A model generated the notes under the pieces. The model made no database searches, had not been told where the DNA came from, and saw only the letters and a program-made list of their open reading frames with translations. Shown piece after piece: positions 1-7,965 of a DNA stretch of 21,201 nucleotides. Source of the DNA: Candidatus Krumholzibacteriia bacterium (lineage in GTDB: Bacteria > Krumholzibacteriota > Krumholzibacteriia > LZORAL124-64-63); the NCBI GenBank assembly GCA_036351155.1, contig JAZBOO010000041.1:1-21201 (forward strand), written 5' to 3'. A program made the translations under genes and the position numbers. Each line of letters begins with the position of its first letter. The stretch's first letter is position 1.

Positions 1-1487
1 CGGATACGTCCGGATCCCCCGCTCAGGATTTCCTCGCCGCCGTCCATGGACGCCGTCCAGATCCATTCATTCTGACCAGGCACCTTCTCGAACTCGAAGC
101 TGATGGTGTGTTCCCCGCCCAGGCTGTCGTAGACCGTGGTGGACATGCTGTAGGTCTTCAGGTCACTGGCTTCCTGGATCTCGTTGTAAGCAAAGGCATT
201 GCTCAGGGTGGTATTCTCGATCCCCTGCTCCGACAGGCTGATCTTGCCAATGGAGCCGGCGGTCCCCACTTCACCGGTCACCATGATCTGGCCGGTTTCG
301 TTCAGGGTCACCGGGTTCGAGTTGATGCCCAGGGCAAACTGGAACTCCTGCATCAGGTCGCCCAGGGTGCTGGTTCCGGTGACGGCCACCGAGCGTTCGG
401 TAACCGCCTCACCACCCACATCCCCATTGATCAGAAGAGTCGGAGTGCCCACGGAAAAATCGATATCCAGGGGATCACCCGTGGAGTCATAAAGATCCGC
501 CAGGAGGTCGGTGCTTTCCGCGAAGGCCCGCAGTTCGCTGGAGGATTCACTGGTGCCATTGGCCACATTGCTGGGGAAGGTGAAGTTGGTATTGAAGAGG
601 GTCTTGGCTTCCACCGAGAGGCTGAAGGCTTCGATGTCCGCATCGTTGTTGGTCATCGTCAACTCGCCGGAGCCGCCGATGTTGAAAGTGATGGCCCGAC
701 CCTCGGTGCTCATGGTGGAGTTCAGGAAGTTGACCAGGTCGTCATAGGTGCTGTCGCTGGCCACGGTGAAGGTGGCGGTGGACAGATCGGTGCTGACTCC
801 GGCCTCGTGCCCGTTGATCTTGATGACGTCACCTGCCCGCAAATTCATGACACCGTCCATCTGGCCACTCATGGAAGTCAGCAGGTCGGTTCCTTCGGCC
901 GCGGCCAGGAAGCTCGGACTTTGCATGATGGTGGGCTTGGCATCGCTGCTGCTGTCCAGGTTGCCCATCAGCGAGACGGAACTGGAAGGTTGAGCCGGCA
1001 CCACCAGGGTGGGGTCGATGACGATGTCGGTCATGGGGCCGGTGGGCAAGACGCCATCCGCATCGGCCATGACGCCCTGGACGCGCAAACCGGTGCTGGG
1101 ATTGACCAGCGTGTTCTCGCTGTCGATACCGAAAATCCCGGCCCGGGTGTAGACGTTGCTGGCGCCGTCGTTCAGGATGAAGAACCCGGACCCTTGAATG
1201 GCCAGATCCGTTTTCTTGCCCGTGGTCTGGAAGTTCCCCTGGTTGAAGTTGGTGTCGATGCTGCCCACCTGGGTTCCCAGGCCCACCTGCTGAGGGTTGG
1301 TCCCACCGAGGCCGCCGGCCACCGGTCGGCTGGCCGACTTGATGGTCTGGGTCAGCATCTCGTTGAACGTCACCCGGCCGGACTTGAAGCCCACCGTGTT
1401 GCTGTTGGCAATGTTGTTGCCGATGACATCCAGATTCGTGAGGTTGGCACCCAACCCAGAAACACCGGAATACAGGGACTTGAACAT
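1..1487 (-). CDS. flgE: Flagellar hook protein FlgE, long form, 3' end outside the window (absent from the ORF track)
   Basis: Manual translation from ATG at 1487 (GGGAGG RBS at 1495-1500) gives MFKSLYSGVSGL..LDVIGNNIANSNTVGFKSGRVTF..GGTNPQQVGLG..DLAIQGSGFF..YTRAG..GNLD..TTVYDSLGGEH. The frame is open for 495 codons to the window edge and follows flgD. Confidence 0.96.
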   Translation of the reverse strand, partial: MFKSLYSGVSGLGANLTNLDVIGNNIANSNTVGFKSGRVTFNEMLTQTIKSASRPVAGGLGGTNPQQVGLGTQVGSIDTNFNQGNFQTTGKKTDLAIQGSGFFILNDGASNVYTRAGIFGIDSENTLVNPSTGLRVQGVMADADGVLPTGPMTDIVIDPTLVVPAQPSSSVSLMGNLDSSSDAKPTIMQSPSFLAAAEGTDLLTSMSGQMDGVMNLRAGDVIKINGHEAGVSTDLSTATFTVASDSTYDDLVNFLNSTMSTEGRAITFNIGGSGELTMTNNDADIEAFSLSVEAKTLFNTNFTFPSNVANGTSESSSELRAFAESTDLLADLYDSTGDPLDIDFSVGTPTLLINGDVGGEAVTERSVAVTGTSTLGDLMQEFQFALGINSNPVTLNETGQIMVTGEVGTAGSIGKISLSEQGIENTTLSNAFAYNEIQEASDLKTYSMSTTVYDSLGGEHTISFEFEKVPGQNEWIWTASMDGGEEILSGGSGRI

Positions 1488-1539
1488 ATGGGATCCTCCC
1501 TAACTTGTCGTTGTGCCGGGCAGCGTGCCCGACGTTCGC

Positions 1540-2187
1540 CTAGCTCACCTTGTAAATATCAGAAACGTAGAACTCCTGGCCGCCCACCGAGACGACCGCC
1601 ACGTTGTTCTCGTACCGCAATCCGTCCACCGGACCCGTCATGAGGGTGGAGAACGGAACCTCGATGTCGCCGCTGTTCACCGTCACGTTGAGGGTGTAGT
1701 CGCCGTCGGCCGCGGTGGACCCATCGCTCAGTTCGCCATCCCAGGTCACGTCATTCAGACCCTGGGAAACGTTCTTGCTGTAGGTCCGGACCACGTTCCC
1801 GTTGCTGTCCAGGACCTCGATGGTGGCCGTTCCGGCTCCCTCCACCGCCAGGACATTTTCCGAAACCTGGCCCTCGGCCACGAAGGTCTTGTCCCCCTCC
1901 ACGGTCACGTTCTTGCCCACCAGGGACAGCATGGCCGTGTTGTTGATCGATTGACCCACGATGAGATTTTCATCCAGCTTGGTGTTCACGGATTCCATCT
2001 CCTCCAGCATGGTGAACTGGGTGATCTGGGAGGTGAACTGGCTGTTGTCCATGGGGCTCATCGGGTCCTGGTTCTGGATCTGGGCCACCAGCAAGGTCAT
2101 GAAATCGATCTTGTTGATCTCCGAATAGTCGCGATCGGCCTGCCCTACCACGGGGCCGTATCCGTCTGTCACACCTTGGACTGGCAT
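1540..2187 (-). CDS. flgD: Flagellar hook capping protein FlgD
   Basis: DFMTLLVAQIQNQDPMSPMDNSQFTSQITQF N-terminal motif, FlgD Ig-like segment (VTWDG..ADGDYT), position between fliK and flgE. Confidence 0.97.
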   Translation of the reverse strand: MPVQGVTDGYGPVVGQADRDYSEINKIDFMTLLVAQIQNQDPMSPMDNSQFTSQITQFTMLEEMESVNTKLDENLIVGQSINNTAMLSLVGKNVTVEGDKTFVAEGQVSENVLAVEGAGTATIEVLDSNGNVVRTYSKNVSQGLNDVTWDGELSDGSTAADGDYTLNVTVNSGDIEVPFSTLMTGPVDGLRYENNVAVVSVGGQEFYVSDIYKVS

Positions 2188-2190
2188 GGT

Positions 2191-3750
2191 CTATCCTTCC
2201 CCACGCAGGCTGGCCCAGTCGGGTCGTCCATCAGGGCGCCTGTGTTGGTGTTCCTGGTGATGAGACGCGCTCTGTTCCTGGCGCGACTGGTCCCGTCGTT
2301 CGTCATTCCGGGTATCGTTCTTGTCTGCGTCCTGGCCCCTGTTTTCCACCTTGATGTCCACTTGCTGCCAGCGGGTGCTCTTGTCGCTTATGCCGCTGGC
2401 CAGTTCACGGATACCCTCTTTGATGGCTTTCTCGGCTTCACCTGATTGTGCGGAAATCACGATGTTCAAATCGTTCCCCTTGGCCACGAACTGGATTTCC
2501 ACCTGGCCCAGCTTTTCCGGGTTCAGGTGCAGCACCACTTTTTCCTGGCCGATCTTGCCATCCAGGCTGGTACTCAGCTGGCGGACCACCTGCTGACGGA
2601 TGTCCTGGGCCTGGCTGGGGGTGGCCGCTCGTTCGGTGTTCACCTTGAAGCTGCCCTCGTCCAGAGGATGAGAGGAGCCGCTGGCAGCGGTGATCGGAGC
2701 CGCGGGAACCTCCTGCTCGGCCTCCGGGGCCGCAGCGGAGCTGTTTTCCGCAGCCTTGGCTTGCTTGGAGTAGTTTTCCATCATCTGAACGGAGTTTTGA
2801 GTCAGCTGTTCGGCCTGACTATCCGGCGTATCCTGCCCACTATCGGTTCCGGTGGAAGCCGTGACCGTATCGGTGCTCTCCACCGTCACCTGTTGATCTC
2901 CGGGGACAATTTCCGCCTTGGCTGTGTTCTCGGATGCCTTGATTTCGGTCTGGCTCACCTGGCCGGCCACCACCGCGCTGGCAGGTTGCTGGAGAGCCTG
3001 TTCGGTGGTCAGAGCTGATCCCTCGTCCGTGGCCGTTTCCTTCACTGCCTGGGTCATCTGTTCCATCTGGGCGGAACCGGTCGGCTGAACTTGAAGCTGA
3101 GTGGACTCCACCTTGGCGGCGGCCTGGGGACTCACGGCAGGCTGGGCCGAGGTGGTTTCCGTGGGGACCACTTTCACCTGGTCGGTCATGACCACGGGGA
3201 TCGCTTTTCCCGCGCCGGCCGTGGGCTTGATCTCCAGGGTGGCGGTGGTGGGCCCCGAGGACTTGGGCTGCGCGGCCGTTTGATCCTTGGTTGTCCCCGT
3301 CTGGGGGGGTGCGGGGGATTCAGGCTGGACCGATGAGGTCGTTTCTCCGGTCTTGATGCGTAACATCAATTCCGTCATGGGGATGGCCATGGTCTGGGTA
3401 GGTTGACCGGTTGTTTCCGCTCCCCCGGGGGGAGTTGTTGCCGTTCCGGTCACGGCCGATTGGGTGCTGGGTTCTCCCCCTTCGGCGGGAACGGTGTGAC
3501 TTCCGGCGGGGGAAGACTCTTCAGACCGGGCCTGATGATCACGCACGATCTCGCTTTTCTCACCTTGCTCACGGTCCCCCGTCCGGGGTTTCTGGAGTTC
3601 CTGTTTTTCCTGGAGGATTCCAGAGAAGGACAGGGCGCCGGTTTCATCCTGGGTCGACCGGGATGGGTCCTTGGCCTGGGAGCTGGAACCTCGCGGCTCC
3701 ACTCTCGGGGCGATGGCCGTCAGATCCAGAGTGGACATCATGCTCATCAA
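2191..3750 (-). CDS. fliK: Flagellar hook-length control protein FliK
   Basis: Long low-complexity T/Q/A/P/S-rich region, C-terminal LHLNPEKLGQVEIQF motif and polar Q/R-rich tail. Lies directly upstream of flgD. Confidence 0.92.
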   Translation of the reverse strand: MMSMMSTLDLTAIAPRVEPRGSSSQAKDPSRSTQDETGALSFSGILQEKQELQKPRTGDREQGEKSEIVRDHQARSEESSPAGSHTVPAEGGEPSTQSAVTGTATTPPGGAETTGQPTQTMAIPMTELMLRIKTGETTSSVQPESPAPPQTGTTKDQTAAQPKSSGPTTATLEIKPTAGAGKAIPVVMTDQVKVVPTETTSAQPAVSPQAAAKVESTQLQVQPTGSAQMEQMTQAVKETATDEGSALTTEQALQQPASAVVAGQVSQTEIKASENTAKAEIVPGDQQVTVESTDTVTASTGTDSGQDTPDSQAEQLTQNSVQMMENYSKQAKAAENSSAAAPEAEQEVPAAPITAASGSSHPLDEGSFKVNTERAATPSQAQDIRQQVVRQLSTSLDGKIGQEKVVLHLNPEKLGQVEIQFVAKGNDLNIVISAQSGEAEKAIKEGIRELASGISDKSTRWQQVDIKVENRGQDADKNDTRNDERRDQSRQEQSASHHQEHQHRRPDGRPDWASLRGEG

Positions 3751-4271
3751 AGGCCACCCTTCATGCTCATGCGGGTGGAAACCTGGGCGGCCAGACCGGC
3801 ATCCATGCTGGCCAGAATCTTGGCGGCCTGTCGTTCCTTCATCCGGGTCATGATGTCCAGAATGATGTCCAGATCCAGAGCGCTCAGGATGGGGGCCGCC
3901 TGGTGGGGCTTCATGGCCTCGTACATCTTGGCCAGCTTGGTGGCGCTGTTGTCCCGCTCTTCCACGTAAGCTTTTTGCTTGGCTTCGAGCTTCCGGATCA
4001 CCTCCAGCAGATTATCCTGCCCCTGCTTGAGAACCTGTTCCTGCACAGCCACAGTCTGGCGCAAGGCGATCAGGGATTCCTTTTCCTGCTGGATGCGGTC
4101 GCGTTCCCGCGCCAGATCCTGGAACACCCGATCGGCAGCCTCGTAGTCCTCGGCACTCAGCTCGGGAAGTCCCCCGTTCTGAGCGGCGCTGTTGAGGTGG
4201 CTGCTCATCAGCAGAACCCCCCCGAAAATCAGGATGAAAGTGATCACCGAAATGATGATGACGCTTTTCAT
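3747..4271 (-). CDS. MotE/YlxF/FlbB-like flagellar protein (N-terminal TM, coiled coil, MgtE-N-like C-terminus)
   Basis: Start moved to MKSVIII (ATG 4271, AGGAG RBS 4279-4283) because the longer ORF would span a sigma54 promoter. LAKMYEAMKPHQAAPIL..MKERQAAKILASMD motif and fliJ-X-fliK position. Confidence 0.85.
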   Translation of the reverse strand: MKSVIIISVITFILIFGGVLLMSSHLNSAAQNGGLPELSAEDYEAADRVFQDLARERDRIQQEKESLIALRQTVAVQEQVLKQGQDNLLEVIRKLEAKQKAYVEERDNSATKLAKMYEAMKPHQAAPILSALDLDIILDIMTRMKERQAAKILASMDAGLAAQVSTRMSMKGGL

Positions 4272-4281
4272 GCATTTTCTC

Positions 4282-4309
4282 CTAAAGCCTGTCGCCAACC
4301 TGCCGATAC
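4282..4309 (+). promoter_or_regulatory. Candidate sigma28 (FliA) promoter, antisense to the flagellar operon
   Basis: CTAAAG at 4282-4287. TAAA(4283-4286)-N15-GCCGATAC(4302-4309) versus consensus TAAA-N15-GCCGATAA. Confidence 0.6.
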
Positions 4310-4332
4310 ACCGCAGGGCTCGTGGTCTTCTC

Positions 4333-4348
4333 GCAACCGGAGTGCCAA
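4333..4348 (-). promoter_or_regulatory. Sigma54 -24/-12 promoter for motE-like/fliK/flgD/flgE
   Basis: Minus strand TTGGCACTCCGGTTGC, exact GG-N10-GC, in the fliJ-motE intergenic gap about 60 nt upstream of the ATG. Confidence 0.9.
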
Positions 4349-4415
4349 CCTGAAAAATTTTCCGGATGAAACTGCCGAGCACCTATCTTGTTCATTTGCA
4401 GCGAATTGTTTCATT

Positions 4416-4922
4416 TCAGGACCCCGGCCGCACCATGGTCAGATTATCGCCAAGGGTCACTTGTTCCCGTTCTGCGGAAAGCTTTTCCCTTCTGGCACGG
4501 TCCGAACGCATCTGTCCGATTTCGTCCAGCTCCCGACTTTCCAGACGATTCTGCTCATCCTGCCAGGCGGTTTTCTGCCGCTCTTTCAGTTTTTTCAGAA
4601 CCTCGAGATCGCGCCAGGCTTCGGTCAGCTTTTCCCGTTCCAGATTCACCACGGTCCGGGCCCTATCAAGCTCTTCACCCAGCTTGACCTGTGAGCGCTC
4701 CAGGTGATCCAGCCAGTGGCGGCGCTGCGTCAGATCGCTGGTCGATATTCCCTCGGTCCGGGTTTCACTGGCCAGGATGTTCTGAACCTGAGCCTGCAGA
4801 TCCCGGAAATCCTGTTCCAGGCCGGAAGCCACCATCTGGGCTTCTCCCACCCGGCGGGACTGCTGGTCCACCAGCTCCTGTCGGACGCGGAGAACCTTCT
4901 CGAGCCGGAACTGGAAAGCCAT
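4416..4922 (-). CDS. fliJ: Flagellar export protein FliJ
   Basis: MAFQFRLEKVLRVR start, coiled coil, LKKLKERQ..ESRELDE motif, directly after fliI. Confidence 0.93.
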   Translation of the reverse strand: MAFQFRLEKVLRVRQELVDQQSRRVGEAQMVASGLEQDFRDLQAQVQNILASETRTEGISTSDLTQRRHWLDHLERSQVKLGEELDRARTVVNLEREKLTEAWRDLEVLKKLKERQKTAWQDEQNRLESRELDEIGQMRSDRARREKLSAEREQVTLGDNLTMVRPGS

Positions 4923-4923
4923 G

Positions 4924-6231
4924 TCACGCCACCCCCGTCAGCCTGCGCAGGTGAGCCAGGGAGTCTTCGAGAGCGGTCCCTTCCTTGATTCCTTGCTGCA
5001 GATAGGCCTTGATGTCGTTTTCCCGGGCCAAAGCCATGTCCAGATTGGGATCCGCTCCGGTCACATAGGCTCCGATATTGACGAGGTCCCGATTGTCTTC
5101 GAGAGCCTTGAGCCATCGCATCAGCTGGGCTCCGGCCTGGATATCCTGGTCTGAGACGATGTCGTTGCGCAAACGGCTCACACTGCCCAGGACATCCACG
5201 GCAGGATAGTGGTGCTGCCGGGCCAGGTCGCGGCTGAGCATGACATGACCATCGAGAATGGACCGCATGGCGTCCCCCACGGGATCCTGGATGTCATCGC
5301 CTTCGATCAGGACCGTGAAAAAGGCGGTCATGGAGTTGATGTCGGACCAGCCGGCCCGTTCGCAAAGACGGGGTAGGGCGGCAAACACCGACGGCGGATA
5401 TCCCTTGGTGGTCGGGGGTTCGCCGGCAGCCAGTCCGATTTCCCGCAGGGCCATGGCGTATCGGGTGGCCGAATCCATCATGAACAGCACCTGGTTGTTC
5501 GCCTCGCGGAATCCCTCCGCGATGGTCATGGCCGTTTCCGCCCCTTTGGCGCGCATGACGGCACTCTGATCCGAAGTCACCACGATGATGACGCTGCGAG
5601 CCAGTCCTTCGGGTCCCAGGTCACGCTCGATGAATTCCCGCACCTCTCGCCCGCGTTCCCCGATCAGAGCCAGGACGTTCACCTCGGCGGTGGCTTGCCG
5701 GGCCATCATGCCCAGCAGGACAGACTTGCCCACCCCGCTGCCGGCAAAGATGCCCAGCCGCTGTCCACGGGCCGTGGTGATCATGCCGTCGATGGAACGA
5801 ATCCCGGTAGACATCACCTCGGTGCTGCGCTGCCTTTGCATGGCATCGGGAGGAGTCCCACCCAGCCTGAGCTGAGGGGCCTGGTCCAGGGGTGGCCCGC
5901 CGTCGAGAGGGCGACCCAGGCCATCGAGAACGCGCCCCAGCAACTGAGGGCCACTCGGGACAGTCAGCTGCCCGGCAATGCGAATCACGGGACACCCCGG
6001 GGCAATGCCGCCTGCCGATTTGTAGGGCATCACCAGCAGGGCATCCTGCCGGAATCCCACCACTTCGCAAAGGACGGGAGCTTCATGGCGGCCCACTTCG
6101 ATCCGGCAGAGGGATCCCACGGCGGCGGAAAGCCCTCTCACCTCGATGGTCATTCCCACCAGATTGGACACGCGCCCCACGGCCTTGACTGGATCCACCA
6201 TCCCGATGCGATTCTGGAGGTCATTCCACAT
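4924..6231 (-). CDS. fliI: Flagellar export ATPase FliI
   Basis: GQRLGIFAGSGVGKS Walker A, LIGERGREVREF, GEPPTTKGYPPSVF, RSILDGH. Confidence 0.98.
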   Translation of the reverse strand: MWNDLQNRIGMVDPVKAVGRVSNLVGMTIEVRGLSAAVGSLCRIEVGRHEAPVLCEVVGFRQDALLVMPYKSAGGIAPGCPVIRIAGQLTVPSGPQLLGRVLDGLGRPLDGGPPLDQAPQLRLGGTPPDAMQRQRSTEVMSTGIRSIDGMITTARGQRLGIFAGSGVGKSVLLGMMARQATAEVNVLALIGERGREVREFIERDLGPEGLARSVIIVVTSDQSAVMRAKGAETAMTIAEGFREANNQVLFMMDSATRYAMALREIGLAAGEPPTTKGYPPSVFAALPRLCERAGWSDINSMTAFFTVLIEGDDIQDPVGDAMRSILDGHVMLSRDLARQHHYPAVDVLGSVSRLRNDIVSDQDIQAGAQLMRWLKALEDNRDLVNIGAYVTGADPNLDMALARENDIKAYLQQGIKEGTALEDSLAHLRRLTGVA

Positions 6232-6991
6232 CGGCGGCCTCCGGGTCCGGAATGGGAATCAACGGTTCGGTATTCGTGCTGATGGCTTCTTCCACCAGCT
6301 CGGCCAGGGTTTCGAACTGGCCTGTGATGGTGGCGTCCCATTCCTCGGTCTGGGTCTTGATGATGCATCCTCCACGTTCCACCCGACGGTCCGCTTGCAC
6401 CGTGGAGATCCGCAATGATTCCCGCAGGCCGGTGTTGCCGGCCACCCAGCTCTCGTCTTCCGGGTTGACGATCACCGTCAAATTGGTGCTGTCCAGGAGC
6501 TTGTAATGGGTGATTTCGAGGGCGCGCGTCAGAACGCCAGGATCCACGGCCACCTGGGCGCGCACCACCTTTTCGGCCAGTTGAAGAGCAAGCCGGGAGG
6601 AGGCCGCGGCCATGGCTTTCACCTGTTGCACCATGGTTTCCTGGAATTCCCTGGTCAGATTTTCAAGGTTGGCGTGGAAGGCCTTCTCTGCCTCGGCCAG
6701 ACCGTCCTCGCATTCCTTCCGCACCTGCTCTTCGCGGACTTCGTACTCCTTGGAGACATCCTGTTCCACCAGGTCAAACAGCTGAGCCCGTTCTTTCCGG
6801 GTCAGGTGGGAGAGCAAAGTCTGGGTGTCGGTGAAACCCGATTCGCTACGGAACCGGGAAGCCGGTGTGTTTTCACCGGGGAGATCCGCCTTCGCACCGG
6901 ATTCGAAGCCGGCCCGATCGGACACCAGTCCCCCGACAACTCTGGCGGTATCAGTGAATGCCTCAGGACACCATTTCTGCACCGGCCCCAC
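6221..6991 (-). CDS. fliH: Flagellar assembly protein FliH
   Basis: Between fliG and fliI. N-terminal WxP, LALQLAEKVV, IVNPED and D..VERGGCII..WDATI motifs. Confidence 0.9.
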   Translation of the reverse strand: MGPVQKWCPEAFTDTARVVGGLVSDRAGFESGAKADLPGENTPASRFRSESGFTDTQTLLSHLTRKERAQLFDLVEQDVSKEYEVREEQVRKECEDGLAEAEKAFHANLENLTREFQETMVQQVKAMAAASSRLALQLAEKVVRAQVAVDPGVLTRALEITHYKLLDSTNLTVIVNPEDESWVAGNTGLRESLRISTVQADRRVERGGCIIKTQTEEWDATITGQFETLAELVEEAISTNTEPLIPIPDPEAADVE

Positions 6992-7964
6992 CCTTTCCGA
7001 TGGTGATGGTTCCGGCCTCTTCGAGGCTCCGGATCACTTCCACGATGCGTTGCTGGGCTTCTTCCACCTCGGCCAGGCGCACCGGGCCCATGTATTCCAT
7101 GTCCTCGGCAATACCCTCGGCCGCACGCTTGGACATGTTCCCGAAGATCTTTTCCTTGATCTCCTCGGTGGCTCCCTTGAGAGCCATGGTCAGTTCCTTG
7201 CCGTCGATTTCCTTCAAAATTTCCTGAATATTGGCATCGTTCAGCAAAACGATATCCTCGAACACGAACATGAGGTTGTTGACCTCGTTGGCCACCTCAT
7301 CGTCGATCTCACGCATCTCGTCGAGGATTTCCTGCCAGGTTTCCCGTTCGATCTCATTGAGGATCTCGGCCACCTGTTTCTTGCCGCCGTACTTGGTGTC
7401 CTTGGCCGAGACTTCGCTTTGCAGCTGGTTGGCCAGAACCTGTTCCACCACCTGGAGGGTTTCGTTGTTGGGGGCTTCCAGCACGGCCATCCGGTGGGCC
7501 ACGTTGCCCTGCAGCTCGGCAGGCAAGAGTTCCAGGATGGGCCCGCTGTTGCGGGGATCCATGTGGGCCAGCACCACGGCGATGGTCTGGGGATGTTCGT
7601 TCTTGATGTAGTTGGCGATGGTCAAGGGATCGACCTTTTTCAGGTTCTCGAAGCTCTTGATCTCGCTGTAGCTGGTGACGCGGCTGAGCATGCTGTTGGC
7701 CATGCGGGTGCCGAAGCCGGCTTCCAGGATGTGCTTGGCCGTTTCCCGCCCACCGAAGGCAATGCCGGAAATGCGCGCACTGATGGTGATGAAATCACCC
7801 AGGACCCGGCGTTTCTCGTCGTAGGTCACGTGCCCGGTGGCGGAGATCACCTGGGTCAGGCTCTCCACGATGTCCTCGGGCAGCTTGGCCATGATCTTAC
7901 CGGCGGTTTCGGAGCCTACAGCCAGCAGGAAAACCGCGGCCTTGCGCAATGACTGGTCGTCCAA
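6963..7964 (-). CDS. fliG: Flagellar motor switch protein FliG
   Basis: RKAAVFLL, EHPQTIAVVL, MFVFED, ALKG, NMSKRAA, GPVRLAEVEEAQQRIV. TTG start with GGAG RBS. Confidence 0.98.
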   Translation of the reverse strand: MDDQSLRKAAVFLLAVGSETAGKIMAKLPEDIVESLTQVISATGHVTYDEKRRVLGDFITISARISGIAFGGRETAKHILEAGFGTRMANSMLSRVTSYSEIKSFENLKKVDPLTIANYIKNEHPQTIAVVLAHMDPRNSGPILELLPAELQGNVAHRMAVLEAPNNETLQVVEQVLANQLQSEVSAKDTKYGGKKQVAEILNEIERETWQEILDEMREIDDEVANEVNNLMFVFEDIVLLNDANIQEILKEIDGKELTMALKGATEEIKEKIFGNMSKRAAEGIAEDMEYMGPVRLAEVEEAQQRIVEVIRSLEEAGTITIGKGGAGAEMVS

Positions 7965-7965
7965 C

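Noticed and set aside
108..1643. 511-aa plus-strand ORF
   Set aside because: Antisense shadow of flgE caused by GC-rich codon bias. No recognisable motifs.
4272..4382. ORF-track N-terminal extensions (also 13335-13523, 14398-14511 and 20200-20334)
   Set aside because: They run through promoters or neighbouring genes, and the downstream ATGs have RBS motifs.
4366..4707. 113-aa plus-strand ORF downstream of the antisense sigma28 promoter
   Set aside because: No properly spaced RBS, and most of it is the reverse frame of fliJ. Not supportable as the promoter's protein product.
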